Shown here piece by piece: positions 52,261 through 64,000 of a stretch of 64,000 nt of DNA (positions are counted from its first letter, which is position 1; the number at the start of each line of letters is the position of its first letter). This DNA is from Sminthopsis crassicaudata (lineage: Eukaryota). The notes under the pieces are model-generated. The model saw nothing but the letters and a program-made list of their open reading frames with translations. It had not been told where the DNA came from and did no database searches. A program made the position numbers and the translations under genes. The stretch is from contig NC_133617.1 in NCBI RefSeq assembly GCF_048593235.1, positions 648,252,958-648,316,957 on the forward strand, written 5' to 3'.

Positions 52261-55200
52261 AAGACTAAGAAATGCTACTGCAAAGAATCCTATGAAGGAT
52301 AACAATTTTTTTTTTTAATGGATCATCAACATTTTGTTGATACCACTGGAAACTGGTCATTTAATTGGGGAGGAGGGGTAAGGGGGCTGCAGTTAGGGAG
52401 ATCAAGGGAATTATCTAAGTATGGTTGATTTGGGTTTGTATTAACTTTCAGCATCTCTCTCACTCCTGTTTAGTTTCAGTATTAGATTGTAAAAGTCTTA
52501 ATTAAAATAGAATTTACATTCATTTAAAAAATTAAAGATTATGGAGAATAGGTCACCTAGCAAAATGAATAGTACTGTGTTTTGGCTTTGGGGAATTTTT
52601 TTCTTTCTTTTGAGGGAGAAGAAATATATCTTTGGGTAGCAAATTGCCTTTTTATAACATTGTGCTGAGGACAGGAGCTGAGGATGGAGGGCAGAATGCA
52701 AGAATAAATTCCCAGTATAATCACCTTGTACAGGTTTGTATTTCTGGGCTATCCTGATTGGCATTCCAAATGATCCTGTTTGGTTACACTAGCATTTAAT
52801 TTCTAACATAAATCTACATGGATTTGACTTATTTGTGGAGGAAGAATAACCATTATGCCTTGAAGTGCACACCTTGCTGGCAAAAAAGAATCAGACCCAG
52901 TCAGAGATTCTAAAGTAAAAGAAATATATTTCCAAGTCAATATTGTTTGTTTCATTTCTAATATTAATGGGGACCAAAGAAAATGCCTGTATTGTTCTGC
53001 TAACCCAAAGTTTAGCAAAAAAATCTTAGGGGTTAAAATTACATATTTCAGTGATTACTAATTTGTCTAAAACAAATAGCCAAGTGAAATGCCTAAGGAC
53101 CTCATTACAATGGGCTTTAAAACTCATCTTACTTATGTGAGACCCCCAAACAATGCAATATGTATATAGAAAGCCAGAAAATCTTGTGTCAGAAAATCAG
53201 TTTAAGTATGCAATCTTCAGAGGTAGCAGTCACAATGTAAACCTGCTTTAATCTGCAGTCTGCTAGAAGAAGCGTCAAATGCCTTGACTATACCCATCTA
53301 TAACCCTGACCCTGACTTAGAAATGTTATTTCAATAATTATATAAGAAAGTTCTTGTGAGGAAAGCCCTTTATAAAATCTAAAACATTACAGAAATGTGA
53401 GCTGTGAATTAAAATCTGAAGTGATGGCTACATTCTATGAAGGTATACCAGGATTTTATAAAAATGACACCACTGTGACCACCACCATCCCACCACCCAT
53501 GTCAACAACTGCTGTTTTCACACATGCATATACATATGCACACATACACACAACATATGCATGTAAGGATTTATAAGCATAACATCAAATTATAAAATTA
53601 TCTTCCATTTTTTGCATTTTAATATAAAGGCTTTTTTATTTTCTTGTTTTAATATAGCAATTCATAAAACCAAACTTAAAGATTTCTTTATAAAATATAC
53701 AGATACATGCATATACTTATATGTATTGAAAGACAAGTTTTCAAGCTAATATAAATCACTGGAGAATTTTAAAAATTAATTCTTATACTTGTGGGAACAT
53801 TCAGAAGATTCAGAAGACAGAAAAACTCTGAAAGAGTAAACTGTTTTATAAAAATCGATACTTAAGATTCCAAAATTTTCCTCAGAGCAATCCTAAAGGA
53901 CTTTTTAATTTTCTTCATAGTGTTGATAAGGAAACTAAGCTTTAGAAAGGTGAATGATATAAAACTGCATATTAAGGAATTCCGATCATTCTTTGGCCAA
54001 AGTGCTTTTACTTTAAATAGCTATTCAGGATATTATCACATCATAACTTATGGTAATGCTATCATTTTACTTTTTTTCCTCCATAACAAATAGTCAAAAG
54101 GAAAAAAGAATATACATATAGTATTGTGTGTGGATAGACAATTGAACTTGAAGTCAAAAAGACCAGGATTTATTTCTAGATTCTGACACATATTAGGTGT
54201 ATGGTCATGAGTAAATCACTGAACTTCTCTGTTCCCCATGCCATCTCAGATCAAAAATGTGATGAATTTCTAATATGTACCAGTGAATAACAACAGAAGT
54301 TTCCCATCCTGATGAAATGAAAAACTGAGGAGGCTCTCTCCCTTATCCTATGTCTACTCTCCCCAAAAGCATCTCCTTGGTCATTTTATAAAGGAAAAAA
54401 AAACCCTGCATTTTGAGATAGTTAACTAAGTTTAACATATCCAGTTAACTGCTACAAATAGTAGAATCATCACTGAGAAACAAAGGGCAGTGTGATCTGA
54501 TGAATCGCTTCATGATGACCTTTGAGATGCTGACTAGTCCGTCTAGTTCCATCTGGGAGATGCATGGCTTAGACAAGGATAGTTTATTAACTGGAGTACA
54601 GGGTGAAGACTACAAAGTCATCTAAATTTGAAAAAGGGTAGATCTTAAAGTCCGGAAACTTTAGGACACTTCTTCCCCAAAAGAACATTATACATATTAG
54701 GATGGATTCACCACTTCTCTTCTTAAAAAAAAAAAAAAAAAAAATAGATCATGTCTTCTTGTTTTAGAATATAATAGCTCACATGTATGTAATGCTTTAA
54801 GGTTTAAAGACATTAGGGCAAAATCATAATAAAAGTGTTTTTTATACTCAGCTATACTACTGAAGTGTGTGCACTTGATAATATAGTGGATTATAGCACA
54901 GATGGGGGAAAAGGCCAGCTATGACTTGAGCACTTAGAAAGCAGTTGAAAAAAGAGTTTGACATTTTCACAGAGTGTTCAAATTAAATATGGTCAGTACA
55001 GGGTTGAGGTGGGGGATGGGGTGTGAGGAGAAGCATCCATCTAACCACAGATTCATCAACAGATTTGACCTATAAGGAACAGAGGGCAAGGAATGATAAG
55101 TCAGAGAAATGACTCTGACAGACTAGGCATTTTCTTCATATACGGCTTATACTAGGACCAGCCTTTAGAAAGTTTTGGGGTTTGGGTTTGGAGTTTTTTA

Positions 55201-55305
55201 TTTTTATTTTGATTTTTTTTTTTAATTAAGAAAGTCAATTGTAACTACGGCAAAATGACATGCTAACCTTAACCTTTTGTTAGAGATGAACACTTTTTGA
55301 AGCTC

Positions 55306-55308
<3 letters not shown>

Positions 55309-55343
<35 letters not shown>
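55309..55343. repeat. A35 homopolymer (U-tract on minus strand)
   Basis: Read directly; longest homopolymer in the window. Confidence 0.95.
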
Positions 55344-55345
<2 letters not shown>

Positions 55346-55390
55346 CACAAATCTGAAATGGTTCTCTGGAATGTTAATAATCCTTAGTAC

Positions 55391-55535
55391 CNNNNNNNNN
55401 NNNNNNNNNNNNNNNNNNNNNNNNNNNNNNNNNNNNNNNNNNNNNNNNNNNNNNNNNNNNNNNNNNNNNNNNNNNNNNNNNNNNNNNNNNNNNNNNNNNN
55501 NNNNNNNNNNNNNNNNNNNNNNNNNNNNNNGAGTC
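55391..55535 (-). other. Candidate 145-nt internal exon, interior hidden by an N-run
   Basis: Minus strand: catactactttgtgtAG|GACTC [139 N] G|GTactaag; acceptor and donor both visible around the N-run. Confidence 0.5.
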
Positions 55536-56979
55536 CTACACAAAGTAGTATGATTAATACAGCTGATGGCTGCAATTGTCATGCCCATGCCAAGTAAATC
55601 AACCCAGAAAGAGCTGCATCAGTGGCTCTAAGATATGTAAAATGGAAAGGAATTTTTTTTAACTTATTTTGAACCAAAAGGAATAGCTGCATAAAGTTTT
55701 CTATACAGGTTGCCCAAAATGTTTATTCTATTTTTTTAAAGTATGCCAACCACTCAGCTAAACTTAGTTTATATCTTACCATTTTAAGAAACATAACCCA
55801 GTGAGGAGGGAAATAATTGCTTAAAAACAACATGGCACAAAAAAATATATATATTTTTTAAGCACTAGAGACTTTCTGATAAAGACAAAGCACAAACGGT
55901 GTTTTATGAAAATTAATAGCATCTACAAGAATATACCCTCCTTTTCCTCCTCCTCTTCCTATCCTCCCCAAGTCTCTCCATCCTTCCCTGGCATTAAAGA
56001 TATTCTATCTAATTCCCAGTGGAGAGGTTTCTAAAAGTGGTTAGTCACAGCTTAGACATAGACCTTCTTGAACATGGCATACCAACGTCACCCTGACACA
56101 CTTATAGATGCCTCGTTACAGGCTGCACCAGTCACTTGAAATACCTGACTTAACTGTAAAACAAACTGTTAATCTCTGGTCTTTCCTGAAGTTCAGCTCT
56201 TCTCTGCAGTTTTGGAACTAAACCAATACCTTGTGATGCTTCTTTCTATCACAGAGAGCTCCACTCTGATCGGTATTTGACACTATCCAGTGACTGCTCA
56301 ATGAGACCCCAGATAGTACCTAGGAACACCTCAGCCCCGTTTGCAGATCATTTTAAATGAGATGTTCTGTTCCCACAGAAATCAATAACAGGATGACCTT
56401 CAATTTAAAATACAAACTAATTAATTACTTGTTCTCTTGAAAATGTTGATATTTGATTTGCCTGGAGAATTTCAATTATAAATAGATTATTTCTTTAAAA
56501 AGGCCCTTCAAAAAATATGGACAGGTACTGAAAAACTCATGTTATACAATATAAATAATATTTTCTTAAAGTAGATAGATATAAAATATTTTCCTTACAA
56601 GTATTAATATGGGGAAGTTCCCCACTGTGGTCCATTTCCTCTTGGTGACATCATAATCAATTGCCTTATAAATTAAAGCAATCCCACAAACATACATAGC
56701 CAAGAACTCATGGCTTTGAGGTGAACTGAAAAGCTTTTTTATTGAGTGTAGCTAATACAACAGTTAATGACCAAAATCTCTATTACAATGAAAGATAATT
56801 GCATTACTCAATTTGTAAAAGATTTTCAACTGCTTTGTTTTATAACTTCTAAAATACTTGAGTAGTTATGTATGTGTATATAAAATACTATTTTGAACCC
56901 CTTTTTTGTTCATTTTTGATTAAACATTATGTATAGATCACAAGAAGAGCTATACAGAATCAAAGCATATTCATTCAAG

Positions 56980-57620
56980 TTTACCATCTATTATGTTCAA
57001 GGCCCTGTGGTAGGCAATATGGAAAATACAAAGGTGATTAATTTCTATCCTTAGTATCAAAAGTTTAAAAAGTAGTATACATATAGTCTGACATATGGCT
57101 GAACACGGTCAGAGTCATAAGAAGAATACAAAATAGTATGAGAGTTTGGAGAAAGAAAGACTTAAGGGTAAAATCAAGGAAGGCTACATGAAGGAGAGAT
57201 TTCAGGTAGCTTTATGAAAGTGAATGAGAGTTAGAGAAGAGAAGATGGAACAGGAACACTCATTGCACACAAACAGATATAAAACAAGTAATGGCAATGG
57301 ACATGGGAAAAGGTGAAACCAGTTTAGGGAACAATGAATATTGAGTTTTATGGGAGTGAAAGAAGGTTGGTTGAGGGAAGGGGAATTAATGATCAGAGTT
57401 AAGTTTTGAGAATATTATTATGGCAGCTATATATAAGATAAATAAAAGGAGGAACAACTAAATCAGGAGAGACCAATTTGGAGACAAATTCTATTATCTA
57501 GGTGATAGGTAATAAGAATATTATTGGTAGCAGAATAAGATGGTGGCAATAGGAACAGAGGGATGAGACTGAATTTATTGCATATTAGAATCAATTAATG
57601 AGAACACTTACTATAACATG
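56980..57620 (-). mobile_element. L2 LINE 3' relic
   Basis: ttcattcaagtttaccatctattatgttcaaggccctgtggtagg...ggagaccaatttggagacaaattctattatctaggtg. Confidence 0.65.
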
Positions 57621-58245
57621 GAAGGAGAAGAGATCTTGAAAAGCCATCAATGAACACTTGAAGTAGTATAGCTAACATACCTTCTTTAAAAAATGTGAAT
57701 ACAAGGTTTAAAAAAAGGATAATTCAGTTAATTCCTGTAGAAGAAAATATATTCCATGCAGCAATAAGTACTCCATTCAAATGCTATCTAAATGAATGCT
57801 AAACTACATTTAAAAGGAGTTCTAGAAAGGTTATCAAAGGAGTAGTGTCCTGGAAACCTGGTTGCGCAGCAATGAAAAGCAATGAAAAAGAGCATGTGAC
57901 AGCTTTGTTTCAAAATACAATTGTATAAAAATCAAGTATAGATCCAAAAGGAACCACTTTTGGAAAGTAAGAAAAAATTGGAGTACACAGACTAGAAGTC
58001 CCATTGATTCAATGTGTTCTCCCTTCAAGTTGGATTTCACATTAACCATAGGTTGCCAAAGGGAAAGTGCACTCATTTACCAGGACAGTGTGGCCTTATG
58101 CAATTCATTCTCTGAGCCTCTCAGCCTTTATTATTTGTAAAATTAAGGTAACAAAACCTGAACTACCCACTCCTTAGGTTGTTATGAAGTACATTTGAAC
58201 CTTAAAAGCATCCTAATTGTGTGAGCTTTAATTATTATATCTAGA

Positions 58246-58299
58246 TCCCACTCATGTCTATATCACATTGATTCCCATTCATGTCTATATCACTTTGAT
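58246..58299. repeat. 27-bp tandem duplication (2 copies, 2 mismatches)
   Basis: tcccactcatgtctatatcacattgat / tcccattcatgtctatatcactttgat. Confidence 0.93.
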
Positions 58300-61200
58300 T
58301 CAGATAGAGCCATTGTTTTCACAAATCAAGTATACACATGAGTAAAAGCAGCTATAGAATCATTAGAAAATATATCTCTAAAAAGTAAATATTTATAATG
58401 TTCAAATATACACACAAACACACACCCCTTATCATTTTATGACAATCTGAATCTACACCCAGGACATAATCTGGCATTTATGTAGGTTACAAATATACGT
58501 CTTTAAATCACAGGTTGCACATGGAGCATGGCATGTGCACAACATATGATGACTACAAACAGGCTAACACAGATGTCTTTAGCAAGAAAATGTGTTTCTA
58601 AAGGCAGACTACTATCATAAAGTTAATCTATCATTCATTTTTATAGGTCCTCTTTGTCATAACTGAAAGGCACTGAAAAAAAAAAAAAAACCTACTAGGG
58701 CATGTTTAGAAGAGCTAGTAGCATTGCATGTTTTATGAAACATACAAATGTGTGCACATACACATAGTCACACAAACATCACATCTCTAACATATTGTAG
58801 TTTTCACAACAAAAACAAAAATTACCAAGTAAAGGTGTAGGGTGAAGTAAGTACACACCTGTACTCAAAGATTGGGGTGAGGATTTGGAGAGAAGTACAT
58901 TTAAAGCAAAAGATGGCATAAAATGCAAGGAAATTTTATTATATGTATGCTATAATAAAACTTCAATGTTTTAATATGGAAAACATAGCAAAATATAGAC
59001 CACATACTTACTTGCACTAATTTCTCTAACTATGCTTCATTTGCTTGAAACATATGCTTGAAAATCGGAATGTATTTTTTTGATTTGTTTTTAAATAAAG
59101 TTCCTAAATGAACAATGTTTTTTCATCTACATCTTCAAGTCACAATTGAACTTGTGCTCATTTTCCCTCACAAACCAGATTTTTATTCTTAATTTCTCTG
59201 ATTCTTTATATAAATAGAACACTTTTAAATCACAAAACTATAACAAATAATTGATTATGCAACATTTCTTAATATACAAAATAAAAATTAAGGAATGAGC
59301 AGTAAGTATATCTGTATAGCACATTTCTGAAGACTACAGGACATATTCTATTTTATGTGTATATAATTTATACAATGTAATATGCTGCATATTCTACTAG
59401 AATTGAAATTTAGTTTCCTTTTGTGAAAGGTTCTTGATATAAAAATAAAATAGCCAATTGGACCTTAGTCATTAATTTGGTAACATTTTATAGCTCTTAT
59501 TTAATGACCTCTCAACATCACTTTGCTTTTAAATAGTGGCACTTTGCACATAGTAGGTACACTATTATTTTCATCATAACCTTTACAATACTCTGATTCA
59601 ATATTACTTTTGCTTCTTTTTTATCTTCAACTTAAAAAGTACATTTTACATTTTGTCCCCAAAAATGAAAATGTTGATTGAGTAGAAAAGTTAAGGCATC
59701 ACAGCTTCCAAGAAAACAGATGAAACCATTACAATGAGTCTTGTAAATGTTAAGACTTTTTTATTGGAAATTTTGAAAATCTTAAAGCTTAGGGCTGAAA
59801 GACAATGTATATAATATTTTCAAGTCTAATTCCTCCATTTTATTGATGAGAAAACTGACACTTGGAAAATCAAAGTGCCTTGCCAAAAGTTAAATTAGTT
59901 AAGTAATGAGCAAGGATTTGAACCCAGCTTCTAAGGCTAATCCAGTAATCTTTAGACTGGCAGTATTAATTCATATTCACAACGATTAAAACTGATCTAT
60001 GTAGTCTTCAAATATTTCTTATTTTAAAAAACTTTGCTATTGTTTTTTTTGAACTGAATGAAAATATTTTCTATCTACTGAATTTAAGAGGAAAACCAAA
60101 GTAATTAAAAAAAAAAAAAAACTAAGTGAAAAGGTGCTAAATAAATTTAGCAATTATTTATCCATTGTTACTATGGAGGAAGTCATATACTATGAATCAA
60201 CCAGTAATAACTGACAATCAACTTCTTATTTATTTACTCACTTCTTAGTGGTGAGTATGAAAAACCTTGAAGAAAACTGTACCTTAAGTCACAATTAAGC
60301 ATTTTGTTACAAAGACACACAAAAAAGACAGGCAATTTTTGGGGGGTGATGTGATACAGAAGACAGTAATTTATACAAATAAAAAAAATAGATATGGCAA
60401 CATCATAAAAATTAACAGAAACTAAGTATACACCATGTGACTATCATTTACTGACTGGATGCTGGCTTACATGCAGAAAAAGTGTTTTTAATATAATGAA
60501 CTTTTCCATCTCTCTTTTCATGAGAGAACCTGGAATATATTATACACATATGAATGTGGCCTGGGATGCAGGATATGGGATGTGCTTGCTATCAACAGAT
60601 TAACACTTCATTTTCATTACCCTAATCTCACTACAGCCAGTGAAGCTCTCATTCTTTATGATCTGAACAACAATAGTGCATGAAAAGCAGGCTGACAGAC
60701 AGAAGGGGTTCATTAAAAGAACAAGGTCCTTATTCCTGAAACATATCTCACCTGTATTATCAGAAAGTTCTGGCATTGGAGTCTGCTACTGAATCAAACT
60801 GTCCCAGATGTCTGTGTCTTAACTTCCTCTGTCCCCTCCCTTCAAGTTATTCTCTTTATAGCTAAAAATANNNNNNNNNNNNNNNNNNNNNNNNNNNNNN
60901 NNNNNNNNNNNNNNNNNNNNNNNNNNNNNNNNNNNNNNNNNNNNNNNNNNNNNNNNNNNNNNNNNNNNNNNNNNNNNNNNNNNNNNNNNNNNNNNNNNNN
61001 NNNGAAGAAAAAATTCTTCGTGGTATATGAGGGGATTTGTGACCTATTATAAAGGTTGTCAATTTCAAACTATTGTTCTTGTTGTTGTTGTTGTTGTTTT
61101 TAGTTAGCCAAGAAGACAATAGGGCTGACTATAAAGAGAATTTTAAAATTTAGAAAGAAAAATTTGGCAATAAAACTTAAGACCTCCTCTATCTCCACCA

Positions 61201-64000
61201 AAATGCTTTCTAGATAACTTCTAAGGTATTTCAACGGTAGTTTCCTTTCGTGAAAGTTTCTTAAATATTTGTACTATAAATAAGTGATAATAGTAATATA
61301 ATAATGGTATTCCCAAAAAACTGCATAGGAACTTCACTACAAAGTCATCCACCATCCTCAGGGCTGAACGCCATGTTATATATAGTGTTATAATGAAGTC
61401 CTTCTGGTGCTACTAATTAGAAAATCCCTTTGGATTGTGAACATGATGGACACCACATTATACAGAATTCCACACTATAGACATTGCTATCAATGCTCTT
61501 GTGTACAAGACCAGCATGTGAAAAGTCTCATTTCCAAGTCAGAGACTAATTTAAACTGAAGATTATATGTAGAAGTTAAAATATGAAGAAAAATATTTTA
61601 AGGCCCTTTAACAAGTAAGAGTCATGTTATTATTGTACACAAAAACTAAACTAGGACTCTTTCTATTTCTCCAAGGACCACAAAAATAAACACATCATTT
61701 TGCCATAGTGGACCTATTTTTTATTGTGCTGAGTACTTTCCTTAGAATTACATTTTCTTCAGGCTGAAGCTGAGTTTTTGTTGGAAGGTTTGTTTGTAAA
61801 CTGGGTTTCCTCCTCCACTCTCTAATTTTTTTAATTAGATAAATATCATATAATTTGACAGTATGCGAGTTAAATTCTGACACAAGGTCAGACCTTGCAG
61901 TAGGTTCTAGGCAAGGACCACTTTCATGAATGCATCCATTGTATAAAGATGTATATCTTCCTTGCAAATGATAGTCATATGCCACCAGTTGTAGCAGGCA
62001 TTCCAACCATGTCAACTGCTCTAAGGGCTTTAAACACTGGGCACAGTAGTGGACAGATAAATTTATTTATGCCTGATTGGGTAACATAAACAACTACTTT
62101 TTGAATGATTTAAGCAACAAAGTATTTACTTTCATTTATAATCCTATACACACAAACACACGTATGCACATGAGCATACACACACATACAAACATATATA
62201 TGTAATTAAACCCATGCCAATGGACTTTCATTTTAATATTAGTTGTGTTATTATATTGAGGCAGCTGAAAGTAATTATTTTTATATGTACAATCTTCATT
62301 AGATTGGGGTTTTCCTCTCAGACATGTAGTTCAGACATTCCAATCATCAAACAGAAGTCTTGAAGAACTGTCTGGAGAACAAATAGCCACTAAAAGCTAC
62401 TTTAATAAAGTTGAAAAATTCATGACACTCACACAAAAGCACAGCAGGTACAAAACTGGGAAATACACTCTCCCTACAAAAATACTTTATTCTTGTCAAT
62501 CCTAACAACAATGTAAAAGTATATGAACTTCTCAATATAAACTATGTTTTTAAATTAAAATTCCAATTATCACTTACCAATGTTAATTCAATTTTGGATA
62601 ACTTTTTGGTGTTGATTTATCTCTTAATTATAAGGTCTCAGAATACCACTGTTTCAAATAATTTCATTTTTCTTTTCATATTTTTTAATCTGAACAAGAG
62701 CTCATATTATTTAAAATTCTATCACTAGAAAATAATAATTCTCTTTTAAAAATAAAAAGAAATCACAAAATTTCCCTATAACTGTTAGACACTTTCTTAC
62801 ACAGAATAAAGATCAAATTAAGCTACCTTTCAGCACCTTTGAATGATAAGCTTGGACATCTGGTCACACATTTTTATCATGCCTTCACTTATAGGAACAC
62901 TTACATAGCAAAACACAGACTGTCCTCATGTCAACACCTATACACAGGAATCTCTAGAAATGGTGCTTTTCCTTCTATTCCTGTACCAGAATAAACTACT
63001 GGTAAGACAACTAGACTATTTTATTATACCAAATTTCAGATATATTTTGATTCTTTTCTATATGTGAGAAAACTACCAATGAAAAGAGAGAAGTGGTAAA
63101 GAAATGGAAAAAGATAGAAGAGGAGAAAGAGAACATGATAAAAGAGAAATTATAGTAGGATACTGGAAGGAAAGGAGAACAGATAAGATTAAACAATTTG
63201 CTTAGGTTTTTTGGACACATTTTATAAAAACAAGATTCTAAAATCATAAACCTTTAACAAAGAATAGCAAAATGGTGTCCTGATCCAACACAATAAATAA
63301 GTTACTAAGTATACTAAAAAGAATTGATTGCTACTCAACTAATAATAGCTACTCAAGATTTTTTTTTCATTTTCTTGACCAATAAAAATTAAAGCTAAAA
63401 AACTCCAACTTTAAAAATTAAGCTTTTTTTTAAAAGATGATTGTTCACTTACTATATTAGTAAAGTTGAAAATTGAAAATCTAGACTAGCCACGTTAAGT
63501 GTTCTTCAAAAGGAATTTATATTTAGTATTAATTAAAATTATGTAAATGGAAGAAGAATGCATGATTCTCTTTTTTTTCTTACCCTTAATTCTACACCTG
63601 ATGGTATGGAAAATGCTCCTAAGATAATATGAACAGAATGACAATGCACATTGTCTTCATCCAAATGAACTCAAGTCATAAATGTTTTACCTTGGCGTTG
63701 GCATATACTTCAGGAAATTTCCTGAGCTCTCTTTAGTAAAGTCACGAATTATAAAAATCATAAATACTGTTTCCCTAAACTTCCTTTAAGGGGGAGGGGA
63801 GTTGAGGAGAAGGTTCAAGGCTTAATTGCAGTAAAGAGAATATATTTTATGAAGAGCCAAGCACCTACAAGATTGCACAGACCTCTTTAGAGTTGATGGA
63901 ATGTCATCTACATTAGCTGTTTAGATTCTTGCCTGACTATTTTCTTTTCCCTTCCTGAATAGCATTCATCTTGCAAGAAAGGAAGGAGTGGAGAGAGGGA

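Noticed and set aside
54497-54535. Hammerhead ribozyme core (CUGAUGA plus short stem) or C/D snoRNA (AUGAUGA 54512-54518, CUGA 54530-54533)
   Set aside because: The required GAAA after stem II is GACC, and stems I/III are not evident; no terminal D box or terminal stem at snoRNA distance.
4186-61119. ORF-track entries containing X runs (e.g. 14193-14666, 51868-52305, 7013-7363)
   Set aside because: Their length is an artefact of Ns lacking stop codons.

Overview
Mammalian, almost certainly marsupial (dasyurid-like), AT-rich and CpG-depleted non-coding DNA. The assignment rests on WSINE1, MAR1/MIR and L2 repeats and marsupial-type L1 ORF1/ORF2 sequence. No intact protein-coding gene, tRNA, rRNA or CRISPR array can be supported, and I cannot name a gene. 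The window is dominated by retroelements: one near full-length degraded L1 (minus, ~21.2-27.7 kb), four 5'-truncated L1 3' ends (two with clear target-site duplications), one clear solo LTR, one probable LTR, three WSINE1 copies and many old MAR1/MIR/L2 fragments. Seven N-runs (132-353 nt, 1435 nt total) sit mostly in unique sequence, and several have splice-site-like flanks, so they may hide exons or conserved elements. A poly(A)/poly(T) strand bias and strong minus-strand splice donors suggest the window lies in long introns of a minus-strand gene. The most interesting signals are back-to-back acceptor|donor (recursive-splice-like) motifs at ~49.1-51.9 kb, and short CpG-retaining unique islands carrying textbook NFI, Ets-IRF and E-box/homeobox motifs. 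I found no convincing novel biological system; these leads are hypotheses. Coordinates of old repeats are approximate.
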